Origin: Polyangiaceae bacterium
GTDB taxonomy: Bacteria; Myxococcota_A; Polyangia; Polyangiales; Polyangiaceae
DNA: 64,000 bases
Assembly (NCBI GenBank): GCA_044376115.1
Contig: JBILLK010000010.1
Location: 256,001 to 320,000 of the forward strand
Direction of reading: 5' to 3'
A program made the translations under genes and the position numbers. Below the pieces are notes generated by a model that had not been told where the DNA came from, did no database searches, and saw nothing but the letters and a program-made list of their open reading frames with translations. Numbering within the stretch: the first letter of the stretch is position 1; each line of letters begins with the position of its first letter. Of the stretch, positions 26,882 to 36,384 are shown piece after piece.

Positions 26882-28491
26882 GCGCAGCCTCTGTTCACGC
26901 CTTCCGCCGAGTTCGGCCGCTCGCGATCGCTTCTGCAGCCACGCTCACGTCCTTGCTCTGGCAGGCCAGCGCTATCGCGCAACCGTTTAGCTATAATCCG
27001 CCCGGCCAGCTCGTGCCGAACTCGGGGGAAGGCCGCTTCGACGAAAAGGCCTATGCGCCCGGGATGCGCTTTCCGATCGAGAGCGCCCCCGCCTACGCGA
27101 ACTCCCAAGTTTGGGGAACCGGCGGCTCGGAAGGGCCCTCTGGCTCCCAATGCGCAGAAGCGAACTTCAGCTATCCGTGGTCGGACAACTATTGCGAAAC
27201 GCGCTCGTGGGATATGCCGCTATGCCCTTCGGGCACCGGCCATCAGGGTCAGGACATTCGAGCAGCTACCTGCGACAAGAACGTGCACCCGGTGGTGGCC
27301 TCGGAGACCGGCACGGTAACCAACGTTGGCAGCTATAGCGTCTACATCACCGCAGCAGACGGCACACGCTACGACTACTTGCATATGGGTTCGGTCGCGG
27401 TTTCTCCTGGACAAGACGTCCAGAAGGGAACCGTCATTGGGCGAGTCTCCAATGAGTTTGGCGGAACCCCGACCTCGGTGCACCTGCATTTCAATCTACG
27501 CCAGAACGTCGACGGCCTCGGCAGCGTGTATGTGCCAACGTATATGTCATTGGTCAACTCCTACCAAGCCTTGGTTGGGCCGGTTGCTCCGCCGCCAACA
27601 GGCGCGCTGAGCGGAGCTAGCTGTGAATCGCTGCTTGGCTTCGTCTCCCCCAGCGAAGGCACCGCTCCGATCGACGTGCGCCTCTACTTCGATGGCGCGC
27701 CCACGGACGGCAACACCGTTGGGCATACCTTCCTCGCCGACTTACCGGTAGAGACGGGCTGCAACGAGGGTTGCGCCTGCGACGGCAGCACCTGCGCTTT
27801 CGGTTTCGACATTCCGCCGCCCTTCTCCTTGTTCGACGGGTCGGCACACAGCGTCCGAGCCTACGGTTCGGATGGCTCGCCCGAGCTGACCGAGCTCACT
27901 GGGAACCCGCTCGAATTCAACTGCGCCTTCGAGGTTCCGAGCGGAGTTCGCCGCAAGATCAGCTCGGACGAGGTGCAGATCGCTTGGCGCTTCTCCAGCT
28001 TCTGGGACGAACTCGAGGTCTCCGACGGGATCATCGCCAAGCTAGCGGAGAGTGAAGAGCTCCCCAGCGAGCCCAAACTCGTCGCCAGCAGCGACGCTCC
28101 CGATGCGTTGTTCGTGGTCGATGGCGCACGCAAACGACGCGTCAGCGGAGCCGTATCGAGCAAGGCTTGGGGCTTCGAATTCCCGCCCGAGCTACTGCCG
28201 GCGAGCGAACTCGAAGCGATGGCGGAAGGCCCGGCCTGGCCTCACAGGCCGATGATCCTCGTCAACGCCCAAGGCGAACGCTTCCTCGTCGACGCCAAAC
28301 CCGAAACTCCACCGACGTCCGGCAATGGCGGCGGGGACGCCTCATCGAGCGGCGGCGGTGGGGACTCCAGCGGCGGCGGTGGGGACTCCAGCGGCGGTTG
28401 CTCTTGCACAACCCCCGCCAGCGCGTCGCCCAATCCGCTCTTGGCTCTCTTGGGGCTCCTACCGCTCGCCCGTCGACGCAAGCGTCACTAA
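26878..28491 (+). CDS. M23-family peptidase with MYXO-CTERM sorting signal
   Basis: Signal peptide; HQGQD, YLH and HLH zinc motifs; C-terminal GCSC-hydrophobic-RRRKRH. Confidence 0.85.
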   Translation: MSAASVHAFRRVRPLAIASAATLTSLLWQASAIAQPFSYNPPGQLVPNSGEGRFDEKAYAPGMRFPIESAPAYANSQVWGTGGSEGPSGSQCAEANFSYPWSDNYCETRSWDMPLCPSGTGHQGQDIRAATCDKNVHPVVASETGTVTNVGSYSVYITAADGTRYDYLHMGSVAVSPGQDVQKGTVIGRVSNEFGGTPTSVHLHFNLRQNVDGLGSVYVPTYMSLVNSYQALVGPVAPPPTGALSGASCESLLGFVSPSEGTAPIDVRLYFDGAPTDGNTVGHTFLADLPVETGCNEGCACDGSTCAFGFDIPPPFSLFDGSAHSVRAYGSDGSPELTELTGNPLEFNCAFEVPSGVRRKISSDEVQIAWRFSSFWDELEVSDGIIAKLAESEELPSEPKLVASSDAPDALFVVDGARKRRVSGAVSSKAWGFEFPPELLPASELEAMAEGPAWPHRPMILVNAQGERFLVDAKPETPPTSGNGGGDASSSGGGGDSSGGGGDSSGGCSCTTPASASPNPLLALLGLLPLARRRKRH

Positions 28492-28525
28492 ACAGCTTTG
28501 GTCCACACCGCCAGCTCGACGCGCC

Positions 28526-29233
28526 TCAAGGCACGATGCGAACCAGCGTACGAGGCACGTTGTGTTCGTCGCAGCCTGATTTCTGGAAGGCGTAGACCTG
28601 CTCGATCTGTTCGTCGTCCACGGCGACGCAGCCTAAGGTCCAATCGCCTGCTTCGGCGCCACCGCCACCCCCGTGAAGCTGCAACAAGCTGCCAAGTCCG
28701 GTGGTCTGCGGCGGCTCTTTGCACTGCCGCTGCGCGGCGACGATCGCTCGATGCTCCGGGCTGCCAATCGTCCCAGCCGACAAACCGGCGTCGGCGTCTG
28801 CGATATTGGGGTAAGCAAGCTGCAATGAGCGATGAAAGCCGCTCGGAAATTTCTTACTAATGAAGTAATCGCCCTCGGGCGTTCGGCCATCCCCCTCACG
28901 TTGCTTGTGACCCAGCGGCGCAAAACCAAGCGAGGCTTCAAAGCTCGCAGCGAGTTGTGCTCCGCAGCGAAGTTCCAACCTTCGAGCAGCCTTACGCACG
29001 AGAATCATTCGTTGCTCAGCGCATGACACCAGGAGCTCGGGGTTCGGCTGCTCAGGCGCTGAGACTTCGGCGCGGACGAACTCCGCCCTCGAAGCTGCAG
29101 GCGGCAAGGCCGACACAGGTTCTGCGAAGAGCACCGGGTCGTACGGCTCGGCCGCTATCATCGTGAGCCGAGAAGGCTCCCTCGTGTCAGCACTCGGTGC
29201 ACAGCCAAACAGCGTCGCAAAGGCGGCTAGCAT
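28526..29233 (-). CDS. YkuD-family L,D-transpeptidase-like (YafK/DpaA-type) lipoprotein
   Basis: KQREGDGRTPEG.Y, YPN..D and LHG...WTLGC motifs; lipobox LFGC. Start 29233 or 29302. Confidence 0.82.
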   Translation of the reverse strand: MLAAFATLFGCAPSADTREPSRLTMIAAEPYDPVLFAEPVSALPPAASRAEFVRAEVSAPEQPNPELLVSCAEQRMILVRKAARRLELRCGAQLAASFEASLGFAPLGHKQREGDGRTPEGDYFISKKFPSGFHRSLQLAYPNIADADAGLSAGTIGSPEHRAIVAAQRQCKEPPQTTGLGSLLQLHGGGGGAEAGDWTLGCVAVDDEQIEQVYAFQKSGCDEHNVPRTLVRIVP

Positions 29234-29466
29234 TGGGACCGACCATGTAGCCGAGTGTGCGCAATTGGCCTGTCGCCCGCCGCGTCGAAGGTCGTGTCCC
29301 ATGAGCAAGCATCGCGAGAGGAGCAGGAACTGTGACCGCCTCCTCGATCGTTGCCAAAAGAAGCTTTGAGCTTCAGATTCGGTCGCTTGACAGGTTGACG
29401 CGCCGCGTCCACATAGGGGCTTTGTTGTCTGCATCCGCCCCGGCGGAATGACCAAAGGAGGCAGCT

Positions 29467-31320
29467 GTGTCCACCACCCCGCAAAACCGATACAAAGCCG
29501 ACGTTCGAGAGACCAAGTTCCTGCTCTTTGAACAGTTCCCCATTGAGCCCCTTTTGGGCAAAGCGCCTTTTGAAGCCTGGGGCCGGGACGAGTGCAGCAT
29601 GGTGCTCGACGAGTCCTACAAGTGGTGTTGTGACGTCGTCGGCCCCCTGAACGCTGTCGGGGACCGCGAGGGCTGCGCCATCGTTGACGGACGCGTGAAG
29701 ACGCCAACCGGCTTCAAGGATGCTTGGGCCTCCCTTTTCCAAGCGGGCTGGAAGGGCTTGGCTGCCTCCCCCGAGTATGACGGCCAAGGCGCTCCGTACG
29801 CCCTCACCTGTGCGGTCGAGGAGTTTATGTGCGGCTCCAACCCCGCCTTCAACATGTACCCCGGGCTTGCCCAAGGGGCCGCCGAGGTCATTGCGCACTT
29901 CGGCACCAAGAAGCAGAAAGACTTGTTTGTCCGCCGCATGATCCACGGCACCTGGGGCGGCACGATGTGCCTAACCGAGCCCCATGCCGGGAGCGACGTC
30001 GGCTCGGCGCGCACCTCGGCCAAGCGCCTCGGTGATGGCAAATACGCTATCTCCGGCACCAAGATATATATCTCGGGCGGCGATAACGACTTTACCGAGA
30101 ACGTCGTCCACTTGGTGCTCGCCCGCGTGGAAGGCGCCCCTCCCGGAACCAAAGGCCTCTCGCTCTTCATCGTGCCGCGCGTACGTGTGAATGAGGATGC
30201 AAGCCTTGGGGAGCTGAATGACGTCGCCGTTGCCTCGCTCGAACACAAGATGGGCATCAACGGTAACGCCACCTGCGTGCTCAACTTCGGTGAGGACGGC
30301 AACTGCATCGGTGAACTCGTTGGCGAGGCTGAGAACGTCGGCATTCAACAGATGTTCATGATGATGAACACGGCCCGCATCGGCGTGGGCATTCAGGGCG
30401 TCGCGGTCGCTGGCGCGGCCTTCCTCGCGGCGCTCGACTACGCCAAGGATCGCAAGCAAGGCGCGAGCATGCTCAACTGGAAAGACGCTACGGCTCCGCG
30501 CGTACCCATCATCGAGCACGCCGACATTCGCCGCATGCTGATGGAGATGAAGGCTCGCAGCGAGGGTCCGCGCGCGCTGGTGATGAAGCTCGCCTACCAC
30601 TCTGACCATGTCCGGGCGCTCAAAGGCAAAGACGATCAAGCCGCCGCCTATCACCAGGGCCAAGTGGATTTGCTGGTGCCGCTCGTAAAGGCCTACTCTA
30701 CGGACCAAGCCTTCAAGGTCTGCGAGCTCGCCATCCAAACCTTTGGTGGAGCCGGCTTCGTGAAGGATTACCCGGTAGAGCAGTACTGCCGTGACTCGAA
30801 GATCTTCAGCATCTACGAAGGCACCAATCACATTCAGGCGATGGACCTCGTGGGTCGCAAGTTGCCGCAAAACGGCGGGGCCAACCTGCAGGCCTTCCTT
30901 GGAGACATTGCCCGCTTCATCGCCGAGAACGAGTCGCATGAGAAGCTCGGTGGTCTGGTGAAGGAGTTGGCGGTCGCTCATGAAGCGGTCGCTGGCGTCG
31001 CTATGCGGCTCCTGGGCTGGTTCCAGTCAGGCCGCATGCAGCTTGTTCCGCTCGCGGCCAACCGGGTCCTCGAGATGATGAGCGAGCTCTGCTGCACCTG
31101 GCTGCTCTGCGTTGGCGCGCGGATCGCGTTTGATGCGCTGCAGAAGCTGCCCAAAGGGGAAGACGCTCAGGCCGAGCGCGCCTTCTACGAAGGCAAGTTG
31201 CACGTCGCCACCTACGCGGTTCACAACATCCTGCCTCACGCCAAGCTGACGGCGGAGATTCTCGGCCGTGAAGACACCTCCGCGCTCGACATGCCGGCGC
31301 AGGCCTTCGCTTCCATCTGA
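29467..31320 (+). CDS. Acyl-CoA dehydrogenase (long C-terminal type)
   Basis: MCLTEP..GSD, GTKIYISGG, EHKMGI and IYEGTN motifs; SD AGGAGG. Confidence 0.93.
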   Translation: MSTTPQNRYKADVRETKFLLFEQFPIEPLLGKAPFEAWGRDECSMVLDESYKWCCDVVGPLNAVGDREGCAIVDGRVKTPTGFKDAWASLFQAGWKGLAASPEYDGQGAPYALTCAVEEFMCGSNPAFNMYPGLAQGAAEVIAHFGTKKQKDLFVRRMIHGTWGGTMCLTEPHAGSDVGSARTSAKRLGDGKYAISGTKIYISGGDNDFTENVVHLVLARVEGAPPGTKGLSLFIVPRVRVNEDASLGELNDVAVASLEHKMGINGNATCVLNFGEDGNCIGELVGEAENVGIQQMFMMMNTARIGVGIQGVAVAGAAFLAALDYAKDRKQGASMLNWKDATAPRVPIIEHADIRRMLMEMKARSEGPRALVMKLAYHSDHVRALKGKDDQAAAYHQGQVDLLVPLVKAYSTDQAFKVCELAIQTFGGAGFVKDYPVEQYCRDSKIFSIYEGTNHIQAMDLVGRKLPQNGGANLQAFLGDIARFIAENESHEKLGGLVKELAVAHEAVAGVAMRLLGWFQSGRMQLVPLAANRVLEMMSELCCTWLLCVGARIAFDALQKLPKGEDAQAERAFYEGKLHVATYAVHNILPHAKLTAEILGREDTSALDMPAQAFASI

Positions 31321-31338
31321 ACGAGAACGGTAAAATGC

Positions 31339-31377
31339 AGCAAGGAGTCGACGATGATCGGCTCCTTGCTTCGTTTT
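31339..31377 (+). terminator. Intrinsic terminator between convergent genes
   Basis: AGCAAGGAGTCGA-cgatga-TCGGCTCCTTGCT followed by TCGTTTT. Confidence 0.75.
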
Positions 31378-31396
31378 GTAGATGGGACGGAGGAGC

Positions 31397-32443
31397 TCAG
31401 TCCAAGAAACCGCGCTTGGCTTGATCTCGTTCAATTGAGCGGAATAGCGCGCCAAAGTTGCCCTCGCCAAACGAGAGGTGGTTCTTACGCTGAATCAGCT
31501 CGACGAAGATCGGCCCGATCAGATTCTTGGTGAAGATCTGCAGCAGGTAGCCCTCTTCATCTCCATCAATCAACACGTTGCGAGCCGCGAGCTCTGCTCG
31601 ATCCTCGGTCACGTTGGGCACCCGCTCGAACACCGAGGCGTAGTAGTCGGCGTCGATGTCCAAGAACTGAATGGGGCTGCCCTCGAGCGCTTTGAGCGAG
31701 CTCAGGATGTCCTCGGTCAGGAACGCGAGATGCTGGACGCCGGGCCCGCGATACTCCTCGAGGTACTCGGCTATCTGGCTCTTGGCCTCGGTGGCCTCGT
31801 TGATGGGTATGCAGAAAGTTCCACAGGCTGAGCGCAAGGCGTACGAGGTCAGGCCGGTCTTCACGCCGCGGATGTCAAAGTAGCGAACCTCGGTAAAGCC
31901 GAAGACATCCTTGTAGAAGTTCGCCCACGCTTGCATCGTCCCTTTGGCCACGTTGTTGGTCAGGTGGTCGATGCGAACAAAGCCTTTCGCCGGGACGCGG
32001 TCGGGGCGGTCGAGCGCTACGAAGCCCATATCGTGATAGAGCCGCTTTCCGTCCCCGGGCTCTACCATGTAGAGCAAGCTGTCCCCCAGCCCAACCACCG
32101 CGGGGATCGCTACGCTCGCTCGCGAATAGTCACCACCGTCGGTGACGCGAGCCCCTCGTGCTTGAGCCTCTCGCACGGCAGCCTTCACGCTCTCGAAGCG
32201 CCACCCCATGGCCGAGATCGATGGGCCATGCGCGCGAGCAAAGGCAGACGCGGCGCCCTGCGCATCCCGATTGAGCAGAAAACGCATCTCGTTCTGCTCG
32301 TACAAATCCACGTTCTTCTTCTCGTGTCGCATGGTGCGCGAGAAGCCAAACGCCAGAAACAAGGCATGCAGTTTGTCGGGCTCGGGGCTCGCGAACTCGA
32401 CGAACTCAATGCCCAATAGCCCAGTGGGGTTGTTCAGATTCAT
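31397..32443 (-). CDS. hppD: 4-hydroxyphenylpyruvate dioxygenase
   Basis: IDHLTNNV, SQIAEYL, GVQHLA, LLQIFT and FVELIQR...FGEGNF motifs. Confidence 0.95.
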   Translation of the reverse strand: MNLNNPTGLLGIEFVEFASPEPDKLHALFLAFGFSRTMRHEKKNVDLYEQNEMRFLLNRDAQGAASAFARAHGPSISAMGWRFESVKAAVREAQARGARVTDGGDYSRASVAIPAVVGLGDSLLYMVEPGDGKRLYHDMGFVALDRPDRVPAKGFVRIDHLTNNVAKGTMQAWANFYKDVFGFTEVRYFDIRGVKTGLTSYALRSACGTFCIPINEATEAKSQIAEYLEEYRGPGVQHLAFLTEDILSSLKALEGSPIQFLDIDADYYASVFERVPNVTEDRAELAARNVLIDGDEEGYLLQIFTKNLIGPIFVELIQRKNHLSFGEGNFGALFRSIERDQAKRGFLD

Positions 32444-33555
32444 CGACCCTTCCTCCAGCTCATCCAGTAATCAGGCTTCTCAAACTGCTGAGCAGCGTCG
32501 GCCACCTCCAGCGGGTTCTTGGTGTCCACCATGATGGCGACCTCTTCGGTAGCTCGTGCATCCTTTGAGCGGGCCTCAGCGCCGGCTTGAGGGCCATGGT
32601 GAATTCCCTGCGGGTGAAGCGTCACCATGCCCGGGGAGATGCCCTCGCGGCTGAAGAAGTTACCGCTGTGGTAAAAGAGGATTTCGTCGAAGTCGATGTT
32701 CGAGTGATAGAACGGTACCTTCAACGCGGTTGGATCGCCGTTCTCTAGCGGACGTGGCGCAAAGGTACAGATGACGGCGTTGGGCATGACGAACGTCGAG
32801 TGCGCCGAGGGCGGGAGGTGGTAGCGATCTGAACTCACGGGCCGAATATCGCGTACGCGCAACTTCAACGCGCTGAGCGTGCCCTTCCAGCCCACGGTGT
32901 TGATCGGGCAGAAGGGATAGAAGATTTTGGTGGTCTGACCGCTACGGACCACTCTCAACTCGAACTCGCCCTCGGGCGTGACCGGCGTAGCAAGCGAACC
33001 TTCCTCGGGCGACGGAACCACCAATACCGCCGGGTCGAAGAGCGCGTGTTGCCCCAACATTCCGCGGTCGGGGAAGCTGACCTCCCCGGCGCTCTCGACG
33101 ACGAAGAGGCGCGTCGCGCTGGTGGGCGAGAGGCGCTGCACGGTACCGCGCGGGATCAAGAGGTAGTCTCCGGGCTCGTAGCTCAGCGGGCCGAAGTCGG
33201 TCTCCAGGCGGCCTGCACCGCGGTGAACGAACAGCACCTCGTCGGCGTCGGCGTTGCGGTAGAAGAACGGCCAGGGCTCGAGCGCGCTGGCCCAAGACAG
33301 ACGGACATCCGCGTTGAAGAAGAGCGGCGTGCGACCGAGCTGATCAGCGGGCCCGGCAATAGGCTGCTCCAAATCATACGCGCGCGGACGCAGCGGCCCC
33401 TCGATTCGCGTCCAGCCTACCGGAGCTTCACGCCGATACAGGTGCGCGTACCGGCCAAAGAAACCGCCGCGCGCGTACTCCTCCTCAACGGTGCCCTCGG
33501 GCAGACCAACGTGTGCCTGCTGAGCCACCCTGCCACGAATGTAGGGGATATCCAT
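32440..33555 (-). CDS. hmgA: Homogentisate 1,2-dioxygenase
   Basis: NADADE.LF, HLPPSAH, PFYHSN.D.DE and HPQGIHHGP motifs; ATGA overlap with hppD. Confidence 0.92.
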   Translation of the reverse strand: MDIPYIRGRVAQQAHVGLPEGTVEEEYARGGFFGRYAHLYRREAPVGWTRIEGPLRPRAYDLEQPIAGPADQLGRTPLFFNADVRLSWASALEPWPFFYRNADADEVLFVHRGAGRLETDFGPLSYEPGDYLLIPRGTVQRLSPTSATRLFVVESAGEVSFPDRGMLGQHALFDPAVLVVPSPEEGSLATPVTPEGEFELRVVRSGQTTKIFYPFCPINTVGWKGTLSALKLRVRDIRPVSSDRYHLPPSAHSTFVMPNAVICTFAPRPLENGDPTALKVPFYHSNIDFDEILFYHSGNFFSREGISPGMVTLHPQGIHHGPQAGAEARSKDARATEEVAIMVDTKNPLEVADAAQQFEKPDYWMSWRKGR

Positions 33556-33606
33556 CAGCCAAGCGTGACGCCAAATGCTTTCTCAAGAAAGACACAATGT
33601 TTGACC

Positions 33607-33635
33607 ATACAATGTCCATTCTATGGACATTGTAT
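33607..33635. promoter_or_regulatory. LysR-type operator (perfect 13-bp inverted repeat)
   Basis: ATACAATGTCCAT-tct-ATGGACATTGTAT contains T-N11-A, overlaps the LysR ATG and is centred about 66 bp upstream of hmgA. Confidence 0.8.
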
Positions 33636-34510
33636 CGGCCCCGCTCGTCACCTTGGAGCAGGCGCGTGTGCTTGATGCCTTGGCCAAAGCCGGCTCGCTC
33701 AAGGCAGCTGCCAAAGCCTTGGCCAAGGGACACTCAGCGGTGCTTTACACGCTGAGAACGTTGGAGGAAGCCCTCGATCTGCGCTTGCTCGACCGCTCTG
33801 GCTACAGGCTAAAGTTCACGCCGGCCGGAGAACGCGTGCTCGAAGGGATGCGCCAGCTGCTCGACGCCGAACGTCGATTGCAGGTCGCTGTTCACGAGGT
33901 GAAGAGCGGTTGGGAGCCGCGGCTCTCGATCGTGGTGGACGGGGTTTGCCCAACCTCCCGGCTGTTCGAGGTCGTCGCCGGCTTGGCACAGAGCGGCGCC
34001 GCTACGCGTATCGAGGTAATCACCGAGTTTCTGTCGGGCGTCGAAGCAGCCTTCGAGGCGCGCGAAGCCGACCTGATGATCTCGGTGCTGCCCGCTTCGT
34101 CGAGGTTGGTCACGGCTACCGTGTTGCCAACGTTTCGAGCCTACCTGGTTGCGCACAAGCGCCACCCACTCTCCTCGCAGAAGCGGCTCACGCTCGAGGA
34201 GCTCGCTAGCAACGTATTGCTCACTGTGCGCGGTTCGGATCCGCGGCTGTCCCTCTCCACCTCAGGGATCGAGCCGCAATCGCAGGTCGTGCTCAATGAC
34301 TTTGCGGCGAAGAAGACAGCGTTATTGGCCGGGGTTGGCTTCGGTTGGATGCCGGAGCACCTGATCCAGGCGGAACTCGCGCGCGGAGATTGCAAGAAGC
34401 TCTCGCTCGCCGCCGGCGCTACCCATGAGTTCGCTCCGCGGCTCTACCGACGTCGTGGACGCAAGCTCGGCCGCGCTGGGCAGGCGGTGTTTGCGGCGCT
34501 CACCGAGTAG
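33623..34510 (+). CDS. LysR-family regulator divergent from hmgA-hppD
   Basis: N-terminal HTH, LDRSGYR..FT.AG, and a substrate-binding domain. Confidence 0.9.
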   Translation: MDIVSAPLVTLEQARVLDALAKAGSLKAAAKALAKGHSAVLYTLRTLEEALDLRLLDRSGYRLKFTPAGERVLEGMRQLLDAERRLQVAVHEVKSGWEPRLSIVVDGVCPTSRLFEVVAGLAQSGAATRIEVITEFLSGVEAAFEAREADLMISVLPASSRLVTATVLPTFRAYLVAHKRHPLSSQKRLTLEELASNVLLTVRGSDPRLSLSTSGIEPQSQVVLNDFAAKKTALLAGVGFGWMPEHLIQAELARGDCKKLSLAAGATHEFAPRLYRRRGRKLGRAGQAVFAALTE

Positions 34511-34571
34511 AGCCGCAGGGGCGATCGTCGAGCGCTGCCCAAGCGCGAAGAACCGAGTAGCATCGCCCGCG

Positions 34572-36335
34572 ATGGCTAGACTCGACCCTCATTCCTACGC
34601 TGATGACTCGCACTCCAAGGTGATCGCCGTCGACTGGGAGGCACGCGTCGATTTTGCGAGCCGAACACTCGAAGCGACAGCGCTGCTCGAGCTGGACGCG
34701 CCCTCTCTTGCAGGTCCGCTCGACCTCGACAGCCGGCAGCTAACCGTGATTGCCATCAGCGACGCGCAGGACAACCCGATCGAGTTCAGCTTGGGTGCAG
34801 CCGATCCGGTGCTCGGGTCGAAGCTCTCGCTCATGCTCCCGGCCGGCATCAAGACGGTTAAAATTCGCTATTGCACAGCCCCCGACGCGAGCGCTTTGCA
34901 ATGGCTCGAGCCCCCGCAGACGGCCGGCGGCAAACACCCATATCTTTTCTCGCAATGTCAGGCGATCCACACTCGCTCGATCTTGCCGCTGCAAGACACG
35001 CCAAGCCGCCGCATAACCTATGTCGCCAAGCTGACGGTGCCAGCGCCGCTGCGAGCGCTGATGGCGGCGGGCTTCGTCAGCCGCGAGGTCGTCGGGGAGC
35101 AAGCCGTCGAGCATTGGGCTATGCCGCAGCCGCTAGCCCCTTATCTCTTCGCCTTTGCGGTAGGTGAGCTCGAATCAAGGAAGCTCGGCGAGCGCTCGAT
35201 GGTCTGGGCCGAACCCTCGGTGGTGGACGCCGCTGCTTGGGAGTTCGAAGAAATCGACAAGATGCTCGACGCGGGAGAGGCGCTCTTCGGCGCTTACGCC
35301 TGGGAGCGGTTCGACATTCTGGTGATGCCTCCGTCCTTCCCCTATGGCGGTATGGAGAACCCGCGGCTTACCTTCGTTACCCCGACGCTGTTGGCGAAGG
35401 ATCGCTCGCAGGTACGCGTGATTGCGCATGAGCTGGCTCACGCTTGGACGGGCAATCTCGTAACCAATAGCAACGCCGAGCACTTCTGGCTCAATGAGGG
35501 CTGGACTCGCTATGCCGAATTGCGCATCACTGAGGTAGTCGAGGGGCCGGACGCCGCAGCGTTGCTCGCGGCGATCTGCCGACACGACCTCGATGAAACG
35601 GTGGAACGCTTCGCGCGGGCCGGCCAGGGCGCGCTCACCCGATTGCGCACGCATCTGACCGGGGTCGACCCCGACGAGGCCTTCTCTGTCGTGCCTTACG
35701 ACAAGGGCGAATTGTTCTTGCGAACGATCGAGGGGAAGGTCGGGCGTGAGCGGTTCGACGTATTCGCCAAACGCTACCTCGATAAGTTCCGCTTTGGCGC
35801 GGTCACCACCGAAGAGTTTCTCGCCTTCACCGAAGCGGAGCTGCCAGGGGTGCTAACGGCAATGGACGCGACACGCTGGATTGACGGCGAAGGTGTACCG
35901 GAGGGCGCCCCCAGCGTGCGTTCGGCAAAGCTTGCTGCGGTTGAGGCGATGGGCAGCGCGCTGCCGCCCTCGGGGCTCGAGCTTTCTTCGACCGAATGGA
36001 ACCTCTGGCTCGATCGGCTGCCACGTCCGATGCCGAGAGACTTCTGTGAGGCCCTCGACCAGCGTTATCCCTTCACGAGCACCGGCAACATGGAGGTCAA
36101 GGTGTCGTGGCTGCGGGTCGCACTCAGCTCCGGGTACGACAACGTTTTGCCCGAGGTTTCGCGCGTGCTCGAGACGGTAGGCAGGATGAAGTACCTCGTG
36201 CCGCTGTACACGGCCTTGCTCGAGCGCCCCGAGACAGCCGCGCTTGCCCGCAGCATCTTTGAGCGCGCCGCACCCAGTTACCACCCAATCGCGCGAGCGG
36301 TATTGAAGGGCAGACTCGCACCATCCCCCGCCTAG
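34572..36335 (+). CDS. M1 aminopeptidase, leukotriene-A4-hydrolase-like
   Basis: DPHSY, SQCQAIH, GGMENP, HELAH.W.GN, WLNEG, PY.KG and GRMKY motifs. Confidence 0.92.
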   Translation: MARLDPHSYADDSHSKVIAVDWEARVDFASRTLEATALLELDAPSLAGPLDLDSRQLTVIAISDAQDNPIEFSLGAADPVLGSKLSLMLPAGIKTVKIRYCTAPDASALQWLEPPQTAGGKHPYLFSQCQAIHTRSILPLQDTPSRRITYVAKLTVPAPLRALMAAGFVSREVVGEQAVEHWAMPQPLAPYLFAFAVGELESRKLGERSMVWAEPSVVDAAAWEFEEIDKMLDAGEALFGAYAWERFDILVMPPSFPYGGMENPRLTFVTPTLLAKDRSQVRVIAHELAHAWTGNLVTNSNAEHFWLNEGWTRYAELRITEVVEGPDAAALLAAICRHDLDETVERFARAGQGALTRLRTHLTGVDPDEAFSVVPYDKGELFLRTIEGKVGRERFDVFAKRYLDKFRFGAVTTEEFLAFTEAELPGVLTAMDATRWIDGEGVPEGAPSVRSAKLAAVEAMGSALPPSGLELSSTEWNLWLDRLPRPMPRDFCEALDQRYPFTSTGNMEVKVSWLRVALSSGYDNVLPEVSRVLETVGRMKYLVPLYTALLERPETAALARSIFERAAPSYHPIARAVLKGRLAPSPA

Positions 36336-36384
36336 CCTTAGTCCCCACTTGTGACGGCGGAGCGGCGGCGCTAGCAACGCCACA

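Noticed and set aside
29971..30981. 336-aa minus-strand ORF
   Set aside because: Antisense shadow of the acyl-CoA dehydrogenase.
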